From Vicugna vicugna (lineage: Eukaryota), in assembly GCA_013265495.1 (NCBI GenBank), contig MU058636.1, positions 2,232,001-2,296,000 on the forward strand: a stretch of DNA of 64,000 nt. Direction: 5' to 3'. Each line of letters starts with the position of its first letter. Positions within the stretch are counted from its first letter, which is position 1. A model generated the notes under the pieces. That model was not told where the DNA came from, ran no database searches, and saw nothing but the letters and a program-made list of their open reading frames with translations. Shown piece by piece: positions 1 through 12,309 of this stretch. The position numbers and the translations under genes were made by a program.

Positions 1-19
1 CTGCCTCTTACTGGATATA

Positions 20-180
20 TTACCTGGAGCAAAACCACTTAACCTCTAGCTCAAGATGTGTTCCTCACTCTGCATAGCAGAGGTGATGACATAATAATAG
101 GTTGCTGTGCAGATTCAAAGAGAAGTCTAGAAAATCATTTATAATAGTGTCTGGACCAAAATAAACACTGAGTTAGTGTC
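20..180 (+). mobile_element. MIR SINE fragment (degenerate)
   Basis: Resembles MIR core and tail: 'cacttaacctct...ataataataggttgctgtgcagattcaaa...agtgtctgg...ataaacact'. Confidence 0.55.
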
Positions 181-1489
181 AGCTAAGGTTACAGTAGTGA
201 TTTTTGTTTGGCATGACCCCCTGCATGCTCCCTCACTAACTTTCTTTCACCTAATCCCATGGCCCACCACAGTGTCTGCACTTACTAGCCTGGTCCCTAA
301 AGGGTAGACCCACTTCCCTTTACCCTAGAGCATCCTTTGAGATGCTGCCTCCTGCCTGACTTCACGTGTCCTAGGATGCCGAGAGCCTCCAGTAGCCACC
401 CTCATCTTCTAGACCAGAAGGCCTGTCCACTGACACCTCACCCTAAGAAGCTGCTGGGCATCATGGCCATCCCTGCAAGGACCAGCTAAGATGATCACAT
501 TTCATTGTTCCCTTTCCTCTCCATCCTGCCTGGTCCAGCTGCCCATCCCCTCTCTCCATGGGCCTCTGCTACTGAAGTTCCAGCATCAAACCCTAAGCTT
601 TTGTAAGAAAACTCTGCCCCTTTAATAAGCAAAACCTTTGACCCACCGAGGTTGGCAGGGGCACCTTGGTGAGGGTCCCCCCATCCTCCTCTTAACCCAA
701 AATCTCCTTTCCTGAGTTTCCCACTCATCCCACCACGGAGCTGGTGTTTGGGGGCCCAGGGCTGCCCCGCAGCATTCCACAAGCGTGGATAAAAGCTTCC
801 TTTACCTGCCATCAGTAGAGCTGAAACCGGCCGTGACTGTTATCAGGACCCCAAGAAAGGCTCAGATAGGAGAACAGTGGATGCGGCCCTCTCCGCCCAC
901 CAGATGTTCTCCTCTGGTCCCCATTCAATCATCCCAATGATCTGGCTGACCAGGAAGAAGGCATAGGTAAAGACCTTTAAAAGAAACCAAAACACTGCTG
1001 TCCTGCCTGGACCTCCTGTGGCCACCATTCCTTCTGTCTGGCTGGGCAAGCTGCAGCTTGCTTTGACCTTTGCTTATTCTTGCACTTAAAATGCTCCCAC
1101 TTTAAAAATAGTGGAGGAAGAGGAAGAATGCCTAGAACTTGGTAGGCATACTCACCATTCCTGAATGGCAACAGGAAGTCTGCTATACCCTGGCCCCAAG
1201 ACGCACATTTCAAATGACCCCCTAGTGGGTCCATGTCACCCTTGGTTGGTAAGTGGAGGCCAGAGTGTGTTTTTGGTTATGAATATCCTATTATAGTTTA
1301 TAGAATTAAAGATAGAAAGGGATGCCATTTCAATGCTCTTGAGGAAACATCCCTGGGACACTAAAAGTGAGACGGGTATGTGTGTCCTGCCATCAGAGGG
1401 AAGAAGAATGCAAACAGAACAAGCTTTAGAAGCAAAACACAAAGACAGGGGCTTGATATGAAGAGACTCCTTGGCTGGTTTAAAAAGTC

Positions 1490-1925
1490 AACCTTGACTA
1501 AGTGAAAGAAGCCAATCTGAAAAGGCTACATACTGTATGGCTCCAACGGCATGACATTCTGGAAGAGGCAAGACTACGGAGACAGTAAAGATATCAGTGG
1601 TTGCCAGGTGCTGGGGGAGGGACAAATGAGTAGCGGAGAACAGAGGATTGTAGGGGCAGTGAAACCACAATGACGGCTACATGTCATTATCCATTTGTCC
1701 AAACCCACAGAATGTATGACACCAAGAATGGACCCTAATGTAAACTATGGACTTGGGGGGATCGTGTGTCAATGCAGGTTTACCAGCTGTAAGAAATGCA
1801 CCACTTTGGTAGGGGCTGTTGACAGTAGGAGTGGCTGCGGGCTGGGGGTGCCCGGGGGTAATGGGAACTCTATCATTTCCACTCAACTTCGCCGTGAATC
1901 CAAAACTGCTCTAAAAAAAAAAAAA
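1490..1925 (+). mobile_element. Old L1 (L1MC-like) 3' end
   Basis: 'ctaagtgaaagaagccaatctgaaaaggctacatactgtatg...tgtaaactatggactt...aaaactgctctaaaaaaaa', typical L1MC 3'UTR ending in an A-tail. Confidence 0.85.
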
Positions 1926-2354
1926 AGCCTATTAAAAATTTTTAAGCCTATTTTAAAAAAGTGAACTTTCATCCTCTTGATTCACCAGTTTGTGGGTATT
2001 GCCAACTTGACTCTGCCCTTTTTTTAGCATTCACGGAAATCCGAGGCCTAATTTCATTCAGTATTTCCCAGTGTCTGCCCAAGAGGGACGACCAGGTATT
2101 ACTGCCATAAAATTTAAAAGTTACAAAATGCCACTACGTGTTTTTAAAAAAATTAGAGGGCATACGTGGGAAGTCACACGAATGAAAAGAGGAAAACAAC
2201 CTGCAAGTGGTGATTAATTTAGCAACTTAAGGAAAACAACTCCGCCGGGGACACAGCTGCACCGCCGGCTGAGCACACGCACTGCGACCCGGAAGCCATC
2301 CTGATTCACGCTCGTCTTCACGCCAATTCCATGTCGTTAGTAACGGTTACTCAC

Positions 2355-2437
2355 CGCCTCATCTGTCTTGGGAATTTTCTTTTCTGAACATCCTTCATTT
2401 CATAAGCTCCTTTCCTAAGTTCGCTTAATATTTTCAT
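2355..2437 (-). other. Candidate alternative first (possibly coding) exon of an unidentified minus-strand gene; MKILSELRKGAYEMKDVQKRKFPRQMR, phase 2
   Basis: Strong donor GCG|GTGAGT (intron begins at 2354 on minus), open frame from ATG at 2437, CpG-enriched patch just downstream (2240-2345); peptide not recognised. Confidence 0.35.
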
Positions 2438-2659
2438 TTATAAAATTAGGAGAATGTAAAAGAATTTTTTAAAATTCCCGAGACAGAGTAGGCTTCAGCC
2501 CTCCACGATAGCGCTGAAGGGTTCTCAGAGCCCAGCTGAAGGCCAAAATGACTTGGTCAGGTAAACAAAGTGGCAGAGGAGGTGAGGGTGGTACAAGAAA
2601 GCTTCCAGTAGGCTTCAGAAAGGGGCGCCTGGATCTTCCTTTCCTGCCCTCCAGGGAGA

Positions 2660-2820
2660 GAGGATGCTTTGGATCCCACCTCTGAGCTGACCAGCAGTGT
2701 GATCTTGGTAAACGACGAAACTGCCCTGAGCCTCACTTTCCTGGCTTGTAAAACAAGGATTAAAAACTGCAGGCCTCCTGGGGTGATTGTAAGGGAGAGG
2801 CATAGATGCTTGACACAAAA
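2660..2820 (+). mobile_element. MIR fragment
   Basis: 'ggatcccacctctg...tgtgatcttggtaaa...ctgagcctcactttcctggcttgtaaaacaaggat...tgattgtaaggg'. Confidence 0.6.
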
Positions 2821-5800
2821 CTCTGCCATCTGCACAAGCTCAGTAGGGCTCCCCTGCTAAAAGGACTCATCTGTCATCCCCTCTGCCTGTATCTCTTCGA
2901 GATTTAAATTGTCAACAGACTGAGTCCTGTTGGCTCAGTCAAGTCCTTGGGGGGGGGTGTCACAGGTGCACATGCACGCGTGTGCTTGTGTGCATGCACA
3001 CACGTGAGCAGAGGAGTGTGCCAGTATATCTGATGCCTGAACGTGAACTCTGGCTTCAAATTGAAAAGAGCCTAGTTAAGAAAGGTGGCCAAAACATACA
3101 TTCTTCGATTAGAAAGAAGATGACCACGTGCTTCTCTGCTGGCACCATTTATTTCATCCTGTCCTCTTCCTCAATCAGGGCTCTTGGAAGGAAAACAAAG
3201 AGGGCAAGAGAGAGGCAGAGGAGGCATTTTTATAGAAACAGCACCATCTGCGTCAGGGAAGGACAGCCCTGCTGTTCTTACAACCCAGACTTAATGTAGG
3301 AAAGAGGCTGGTGGGAGATGGGGACGTGGGTATGAAAGGTTTCAGGTGAGTTAAAAAGGTGTTTTCAACCCAAATGTATACCTAAGGCCAGGGACTGAGC
3401 ACAGCTGAAGATCCATGACAAAGTCATTGAATTTTATCGATTACCATCTTTTATCCAGATGTTTTCTGTAATTAACTCATGCTTTAAGTAATATAATAAG
3501 TTTCAATTAGCCTCTGGATCCCAAACAGGGTAGAGCCATTTAGAAATTACTTATTGGCAATAAAAGATCATCATATTCCTCTTTAAGGTTCATGTTTAAG
3601 ATTTTAAAAGAATGTTTACTAAGGGTTAATGCTTAGAGTTTCTGTATTAAAGGTACCTTCTTTTCCACGTATAATTCATTAAAGCTATGCTCTACTCTTG
3701 GACTCAGTGACTCTTACTGTGGGCCAATCTAGCCACTTGAAAATCTAAGGCACCGCTGCTGGCCTGGTGGCAGCTTGCTTAGGATCTGAACAGAATATCC
3801 AGGAGAAAATGAACAGACTTGGAACCTGGGCTTGCAGGCTAACGCTTGCGAGGCGATTGCAAACATCACTGGGCGTTTCAAGTCTTGTGATTCACGTTTC
3901 TGTGTTTTTTTAGCTGCTGTAACTGACTCTTGATTGATATTAAACAGTTAAACCTGTCTCCTTTCAGAAAGGTTCTGAGCTGTCATTGGGTCCATTAGGG
4001 CAATGGCCAGATACTTGGAATAAACTGAAACAATGAAGAGGGGAAAGAGGCCAGGAGGACCGTGCTGTGGACGCTCGTATGAGAGAGGTGCCCACAGATG
4101 ACGGAAACCTTTAGTCCAAGCCCAGGAAATTTATCAGCAATGAGAACAGGAGCCTAAGACGAAGGAAAGGGATACCTGAAGATGTGTACAGAGCACCAGA
4201 GTAGGAAATCAGACGGACATACGTCACAGGAAGGAGCAGGCCAGGGGCTCTCAACCACGCCCAGCCTCCGGACAGAGCTGGAGAAAAGAGACGTGGCAAC
4301 AGCCCTAAAAAGAGAAGATCACAGGCCGGAAACCAGGGTAGGAAGGACCAGATCAGAAGCCCGGGAATAGAGCAACAAATGGAAGGCAGAGGCGGGACAC
4401 CCTAAGGAGCAAGAGAGGGCTGGTGCTAACTTCCTGAATGAATTTCTTTCACGTAGACTTTACTTCATGGAGCCAAGGAACAGCTTGACTGGGATGTTTC
4501 AGAATCCACGAAGGGAAGAAAAGACTCCTCTGTAGCCACCTACACAAGTTAAGCCCATGAGAACAGCCCACTGGAAGGCAAGAGATGCAACCACTCTGCC
4601 TCTGCCAAGGGGCCCCTAGATCCTCCCAGCAGAAGGTTATCAAAGATGCTATGCAACTCAATAAGCCCTTGATTTACGTAGCTTATATTTGGGCTAATCC
4701 TTTTGTGAGAGGACTGGGTGGGGCAGGGGTCATGGGGAGCCACCTGCTTCTTGGAGGGCAGCAGGAAAGTGAGGTGGAAATGCCAACACCGTGTGGACCT
4801 GTGGAGCTTAAGGAATCAGAGCTGTTGCACACTGACAACTATTTCTGTCGAAGAGAACAGAGGATTAAAACCTTTCACCATTTTCTCCTAGTTCTGAGCA
4901 ATTCTTATCCAAAAAAAATTTCTTTTCTTTCTAGTTCATAGAGAATATAGCAAAGTTTTTTTTTTTTTTAAAGGGTTGGTGATGGGGAAAGTTCAGTCTT
5001 AAATGTTTCTTCCATGAACAGGTTTGGGATGGCAACCTGCCTTTGCCTATGGTTGTCATTCTTCTAAGATGGATGTTTGCAAAACTGTCCTGTGCGGTGA
5101 GACCTCAAATATAAAATCACTCTTGGAGAAGGTCCTTCTCCACTGGTCCCTTGAAGCACATCCAGGGACAATGCAATTGGACAGCTGCCACTGGAGGGCA
5201 TTAGACATCATTTAATTTGCTGCATGATGACTTTTGACCTCTGCATTTGTTTTATGTGGGTCACCAGCTGGTTCTCACCGTCCTTATCAGACATTCATTG
5301 CCCTATTTCTAGGGGTAGGAAACTTAGATCTGCAGATTCAAGATGACACTTTACGGGGCTCACAGCTAACTGGAACACAGATATATTAAAAAAAAAAAGT
5401 AACAAGGACAATAGGGTCAAAGCAGAGTGGCACCCTCTATCAAAAAGCCACAGCAACAAGGCTCTCAGGGGCCGTGAGCATTTTGCAGAAGCAACGAGGA
5501 CCCTCCTCAGTGAACTCACGGCACCACAGGGGTTTGCACACTCTGCTGCCGGAAGTCTCACCTCGTCTTGGCTAACCATAGGAGCAGGCCAACATTTTCA
5601 TTCCTAAAGAGTGTTGAGCAATTAGATGCACCCAATTTATATCTTCCTAGGGACTGCTCCATCTATGTCTCCCCAAATTTATTCCTGTAGACCGCAAGCT
5701 ATAGTCTCTTTTCTAAGCTTATAAATAAAATAATATAGAAATGAAAAATAGATCATTCATTCATTCATGAAGCATTAAGCAGCCTTGGCTTTTACCCCCC

Positions 5801-6159
5801 ACTCCCCTCAGAGAGCAGTAAGAACTGAAGAAGCAAAGCAATTAGAGGATGATTTTCACATTACAAAGAGTCCCAAGGGTTCCTTTTAGTGCTTCCCTAG
5901 AGGATTTAAATATTTAAGTATTGTTTTACAGACCATTAACTCTTGCAGCTGGAGAAGGAGAAGGGCTGGATGTGGGTGGTCAGGAAAAAAGAAGACTTAA
6001 ACCTGAAGTGTTAGAAGCCAGTCCCCACAACAGATCCATAATTGCAGTAACTTATTTACATCCTGCTCAGGTAGGATAGAAAGTCCTCAAGGCACTTTTC
6101 TCATCCTGCTTTATTTTGATCTTAACGTCAATTAGGCATCGTGATAAACTCAAAAAATG

Positions 6160-6490
6160 AGGGTTTAGAGGGATGAATAGATGCAACACAGGATTTTTAG
6201 GGCAGTGACACTACTCTGTTTGACCCTATAATGGTGGCTATAGGTCATTACAGGTTGATTCAGACCCACAGAATGTACACCAGGAGTGAATGTAATGTAA
6301 ACTTGTGTGCTTTGGGTGACTATGATGTGTCAGTGTAAGTTCACCGGTTGTAAGAAAGGTACCACTCTCGTGGGGGATGATGGTAACAGAAGAGGCGGGG
6401 CCTGTGGGGAGGCCAGGGGGTGAATGGGAAATCATGTACTTTCTGCTCAGTGTTGCTGTGAACCTAAAAAGAGCTTTAAAAAAGAAAGTC
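6160..6490 (+). mobile_element. Old L1 (L1MC-like) 3' end fragment
   Basis: 'caggatttttagggcagtgacactactctg...cccacagaatgtacacac...tcagtgtaagttcacc...tgtgaacctaaaaagagc'; same family signature as 1490-1925. Confidence 0.8.
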
Positions 6491-7329
6491 GATTTTAAAA
6501 ATTGAGAGTTTAAAATTTGATGGGAAGTAACATTTTCAAAAATTAAATTCACATAAAATGTGGGAAGAGTCTGTTGCCAAAGAAGATGAACAAGAAGCAG
6601 AGGTATACCTGTGATGGGTTTGGAATGGAGTTTCCATTTCCTTCTCTCCAGACGGACAGGATGGAGGCGAGTGGGAGGTAGCCGCACCGCAGTTACTAAA
6701 CACCTCCTGTCACATCTGTGCTCTCTGAGTGTGTGTCCACACGTGGAATGTGTAGAAAACAGCATGTAAATTATGTACACATATAAATTCTGTTGGTCTG
6801 GTCAGTAGCCAGCTGTTAGTATTCTCAGTCTACAAAGGTGAACAGTGGGAGATGGTGGCAGGGGTGGCAAGGAGAGTCACAAATGTCTACATATTTAGTG
6901 ACATTTATAGTGATAAATGCAGACAGAGGAGACCCCCTCCTTGCCTCCTTGATTTTGCAGTCTAGTGCTGCTCCAAGAGACAAGGGACACCATATAATTC
7001 TGGGCAAAGTAGGATGAGTACCAAAAAGGAATTCCTAAGTGGACTAGGATAACGTTTACTAGACTGTCCGTGGGCCTAACAATAGTTCAAATGGGTACAT
7101 TTTGGGACCACCGAGGCAACACCTCCCATTGCCCAAGCTTGCACGGCTTGGAGCTGACCGCAGGTACCTCCAGAGATGGGGTTCCCTTTTGTCAATTTTC
7201 CCTTCCAAACAGAAGGGGCGCAGGAGGGCTGTGAGCCTTGGCACAGCGGGTCCTGACAGCCCCAGCGGGAGGGTCACTGCCGAGACATCCAGCCCCATCT
7301 CATTGTTCAGCTCCGGGAGTTTCCTCCTC

Positions 7330-7660
7330 TGGCAGAGACCTGGAGCCGTGAGCTGAGCGGGAAGGGGACGGACCCGGGCGGGACTGCGGGGTGGCTATTG
7401 CTGCCGCTCCTTCCCCTCTCCGGGAGCTCGGGTTTCCCGGGGTGTGTGCGGATTCGCAATAAAAAGGGAAAAGCACGATCCAAGTTAATTTTCCAGCGCC
7501 GAGAGGAAATGCTGTTTCCTGCATCGTACAAAACTGGTGCCAACAAGACTGACACAGGAGCCCATTGTCCCGCTAACAATGTGGTGATGGGGGAAGGACG
7601 CCTGAGAAAACAGACCTTGGGCCGCCCTTAGCGTTTGATCTTTCCCCGTAAGAGAGAGAG

Positions 7661-7702
<42 letters not shown>

Positions 7703-8730
7703 TGTGTGTCTGTGTGGTGGAGGGGTGTCAGGCTGGTAGAGACGGGCACTGCCCCTCTTTCCGTCCTGCCTTCGCTTCCCCGGCGCGCTCCTAACGATGG
7801 CAAGAGACCTGGCCCTCCAAAACACCCAGGGGACAAAAAGAAAAAGGGACGGGAAGAGAAAAGGACGGAAACGACAAGAAAGGAAAGGAGAAGGGAAAAG
7901 ACAAGACTCGCCCCCAAGTCGCCCTATGGGCTCATTTCCAACCCTCCACCGGCCTGGGTCACAGGCAGAACCGAAAGTTCCCAACCCTTGTCTCCACCCT
8001 GTGCCAACCCCGCTCTTCCAGTGAACCGAGTCCAGGGCGATCCCACGCGGAGCGAACCCCACCGCGAGGAGTTGTCCCTCGGGCAGGGCTGACCGGCTGC
8101 TGCCTCGGGGCAGCGAGCGCCGCGTGCGCCCCGCCGGGTGCGCGCCGCGCGGGGCTGGCCCCTGGGTGGCCCCCGGGTGGCCCCCGCCCCGCCCCCGGCC
8201 CGCGGCGCGCGGCCGTCTGGTTAATTGCACCTGGGCGCCCCGGGGTCAGAGCCGCTGCCTGAGGACACGTTGCTACAGGCTGCAGAGGACGCGGGTTCAT
8301 CCCAGCACCCAAATGTAACCTCCCCGCCCTTCTCCCGCTCACGTAGCCCGGGGTTTCGGGACGTGAAGTGCCGGCGAGGAGGCGGCTCCGGCCACCGCAT
8401 GGGCTGGGCGATAAACAATCTCACAGGATACACAACACCCTGGACTGTCACAAGTCCCTCGCAGGAAAAGATAAATAACATCTGAGGAGCCGCAGCGCAG
8501 CCTCCCCGGGGCCAAACAAAAACCCTGGGAGAAGTAAGTAAACAAGAGGAGGGGAGTTCACCCAGCCTCCGCCGCGGAGAAACCAGATGCGGCGCCCCTC
8601 CCCGGGCTCTCCCTGCTGGGGGTCGCTTCCACTGGAAGCCAGGACAAAACAAAATCAACCCCAACGCGGTGCCAACTTTGTCCTTTCACCCGATTGGCAA
8701 TGGTCACTTTCCGGGTAACGAGCGAGTTTC
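7330..8730. promoter_or_regulatory. CpG island / promoter of an unidentified gene
   Basis: Very high GC and CpG density (core 8040-8420), tandem GC boxes 'ccccgccccgccccc' at 8181-8196, no interspersed repeats seen. Confidence 0.85.
7651..7715 (+). repeat. Compound (AG)n(TG)n microsatellite within the CpG island
   Basis: Seen directly. Confidence 0.95.
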
Positions 8731-10289
8731 CTGGGCACTGGAGGAAACCTTTCTAGAGCAGGGGTTGAGATGCGCTGGGTTTTCTGGAAGAAGAGGCCAA
8801 AGAATTTCCTGAGGAAACAACTCTCTTCCAAAGGTTTGCTCCTTGGGATCCTAGTTGTCAGCTATCCTCACATCTGTGGTTCCATCTTGACTTCCTATAA
8901 ACACTTCACCAGATCAGAGTGGGAGAGGGAGCTGGAATTGAGACAGGAACAAAATCCAAACCTGAGAACTACAAACGCTCGGTGAAATGGCTGTTGAAAA
9001 TACACACCTAAAGGTCTCACCTTTCTCCCAACTGCAGTTTGAGGGCCTTCAGTGCGGGAGCCAGATCCAGACCTCTGGGTCAGTGCTAAGCACCTTCTGG
9101 GCTTCCTCCCTCCTCCCCTCCTCCTGCAAAAACTTAGCTAGCTCTAGACTGCCAGTCTTCACAGCCCAAGCGGAACCTCTTAAGAAGTCCAGCTCCAGGC
9201 TCGTATTTCCAACAGCCCCTTTCACGCTGCCCAAGGTATATTATTTGGAATCCGGATTAGACCTAAAACACAATTTGATTCACTGCTTACACACCTATTT
9301 ACCTATTTACCTGTTGATGTCAGCTGGACCACTCTAGGAGCTCACTCCCTACTGCGTACTAGGATCTTTTCAGTAATCTTTACATCCATGTAAATATAAG
9401 TTTATGTTTTGAGATCAGCGAAATGGGATGAGGACAGTTGCGTGGGGGGTAGTGAGTGTGGGCTGGCCAGTTACTAAATATAACTCATAGTAGACTGAAG
9501 TCCTCGTCCCTCTGAATGCTCTGACCCCTAGCTCAGCAGGGACGCACAGACACAGTGTACCTAGATTTCCAGATGTTCTTCAAGCTTTCTCATGCCAGCC
9601 ATGTGGGCGTAATGGAAGCATCTGGGTTGGATATTGGCACAAGTAGATAGGTCAGTGGTTGGAAGACAGAACACACAGAGCTCTGGTGAGAACGCTGAGG
9701 GACTCTAACGGGAAGCTTTCACTGTAGTCCAACACAACACACGCATCTCCTGTGGACTATGAGCGCCTCTCAGAAGCAGCCCCATTTCTGATTCATCTTT
9801 GCATTCCCAGTGGCTGGCCCAGCACACAGAACATAGTAGGCACGCGACAAATATTCATTGCTGATCAAAGGTATTATGGATCTGCTTATCAAATATGGAG
9901 GTGTCACAAAATTGATATAGTAAACATAATTGATTTTAAAATCAGGGTCACCCAAAGTCCAAGCAAATGGGAGCAGTGGGTGAATTGATTATGAGAACAT
10001 ATAAGGTCTCTCTCGAGTCTCCCAAACTTTGATTCTGCACATACAGGTTGGGGAAGGTAGGACTCCTTAGCCAGCCACACAGATGAAAGCTGATGGTAAA
10101 TTCAGTGTGAGGCACCAGAGACCTCTGTCTCAAAAGTGACCTTTGACTGCATTAAAAGTAAGTAGAGGCTCTGGGTCAGAATCTGCTGTGTGTGTGCTGG
10201 GCGTATGGAGCTCTGGGCTCAGTGCTGAGCTCCCCAGTCTGGGAAGAGATGAGAGGAGAGGGATGGGATAGAGGAGGGACCGAAATCCC

Positions 10290-10700
10290 TTTGTGTGAGG
10301 ACGATGGAAGGAACTAGCGATGTTTAGTCTGGAAGAGAGGGGAGTCCTTTGGGAGACGTGAGAGCTGCTTTCAAATATTTGGAAAGATGTCAGATAATGA
10401 AAGGGGTTGGAATTCTGTCGGCTCCCATTCCCCAGACGAGACCAGGGAGCTGAAGAATCCTGAAACGAGGGTGACTGTCCACAGCTGACACAATTCCTGC
10501 TGGCCGTGTCTCTTGGTGACAGACTCCTGGTTAACACGCTGCCTCAGGGGGAAGTGAGATCCCTGAAAGGACTGATTACAGCAGAACCTACGTGACCTCT
10601 GGCCAGGAACGTACTAAGATAGTTTCAAGCATCCCATGGTGAGTAGGGTGGAGAGAAGGCTTCTAGGATCCCTTCTGACACTAAGTCTATGATCTGTCTA
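10290..10700 (+). mobile_element. L3/CR1 LINE 3' fragment
   Basis: 'gaactagcgatgtttagtctggaagagag...gctgctttcaaatatttggaaagatgtca...gatcccttctgacactaagtctatgat' resembles the L3 3' end. Confidence 0.65.
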
Positions 10701-10959
10701 TTTCTATTTTGCTAAGGGTTAACTCTGCCTTGCTGTAATTTCTTAAACCAAATGAGATCATTAAGGCTTTTTTATATTACTGTTGTATAAAGACAAATAT
10801 GCATTGTGGAACCAAACCAAGCAGTGCGTATTTCTGAGCCTCAGCTTATAGAGTGAGACGTTTAAAGCTACAGCCACACATTACTGATGCTATACAATGA
10901 TCATGATTACTGCAGGTTTGAAGTCATTAAATGCTGATATTTGCAAAAAGCTTTGTCTG

Positions 10960-11612
10960 GCCAGCGGGGTTACAGAACAACTGGAACTTGTATATACAGC
11001 TGGCAGGAATGCAGAAAGGTTCAGCCGTTTCAGAAAACAGTTGAGCAGTTTCTTATTAATTTAAACCTACACTCTCCAAATGACCCAGCAATCCCAATCC
11101 TAGGTGTGAATCCAAGAGCAATGAAAACTTATGTCCACACAGACCCATACACAGAAATGTTTGTAGCAGCTTTATTCATAATGCTGAAAACTGGAAACAA
11201 CCCAAATGTTCGTCAGCCAGTGAATGAATAAATAAGTTGTGGTATGTCCACACGTGGACCACTACCCGGTAATAAAAACGAATGAATTGCTGATACAGAC
11301 AACAATACAGGTGAATTTCAAGAGCATTACACTAGTAAAAGAAGTTAGACACAAGAGTGACACACATACAGTGTGACTGCATTTATTTGACCTTTGGAAG
11401 AGGCAGAACTGTAGGAATGAAAATCAGATTAGTGGTTGCCAGGTACTGGGGGTGAAGGGAGGGCTTGTCTACAAAAGGACATAAGAGAACTGTTTAGGGT
11501 GAAAGAAATATACGTTGATTGTGGTGGTGGTGATGCAATATACACTTGTCAACTCAGAGAACTGTACACCCAGAAGGGTGAATTTTACTTTATGCAAATC
11601 ATACCTCAATAA
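10960..11612 (+). mobile_element. Old L1 (L1MB/L1ME-like), ORF2 end and 3'UTR
   Basis: 'tgacccagcaatcccaatcctagg...atgaaaacttatgtccacaca...tacctcaataaa'. Confidence 0.85.
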
Positions 11613-12309
11613 AATGGTCTCAGGAAAAGCTCTGTCCTCATTTGTAATAGTTATTTTCTGGAGATTTGCACAGAGTTGGCATTCTAGAACTGTTTGTGGA
11701 ATGAATGAATGAATGAGTCTTTACGGATGAAGTCAGGTTGTACAGAGATGAAACTGGAGGAGATTAAATGCTCCAATCCTCTTGGAGATGCTCTGCTGTC
11801 TGTCTGAGGAACGCCTCCCCCCTTCCCCCGCCATGATCGCTCAAGAGGTACAGGTGGGGTGGGAAGACAGGCTTGTGGCAGGAGGAAACAGCACCTCCAC
11901 TGGGAAGCCAGCTTTTTGAGGAAGTCTTATTCATCTGCAGTTGGGACCTTCATTCGGGAAATGCCTAGTAGCCAACCCAATATTGCAACGTGCAAATGTT
12001 GTCTGAAGAGGCGGGGCGGGGAACACTGCATGTGAGAGAAATGCCCGTCGGAGGGCAGCCAAAGACTCTAACAGTGCGCGTGCTGCCCCAGAGGGTCGAA
12101 ATTTCCTTCTATGTTTCTAATCTAGCAATTGTCTTTTAAATTTTACTTCAGAACAGGTAGATCAGAAAACAACACTCTCCAAATCTGAATAATACACTCC
12201 TAGTAATCACTGGAAGACTACAGCTGGCTTTAGGAAAATATGCCAAGTTGTATTTATAGACCAGTTACTTTGCAACTTTCTTCCTCTATGAGTATCGCAG
12301 GATTCCTTT

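Noticed and set aside
8399..8485. 28-aa ORF MGWAINNLTGYTTPWTVTSPSQEKINNI after 'gccaccgc'
   Set aside because: The Kozak resemblance is offset (-3 is C), the ORF is short and unrecognised, and the sequence is better explained as transcription-factor motifs.
7300..8664. Multiple 100-200 aa ORFs across the CpG island
   Set aside because: These are stop-poor GC-rich and microsatellite frames on both strands, low-complexity and with no recognisable homology.
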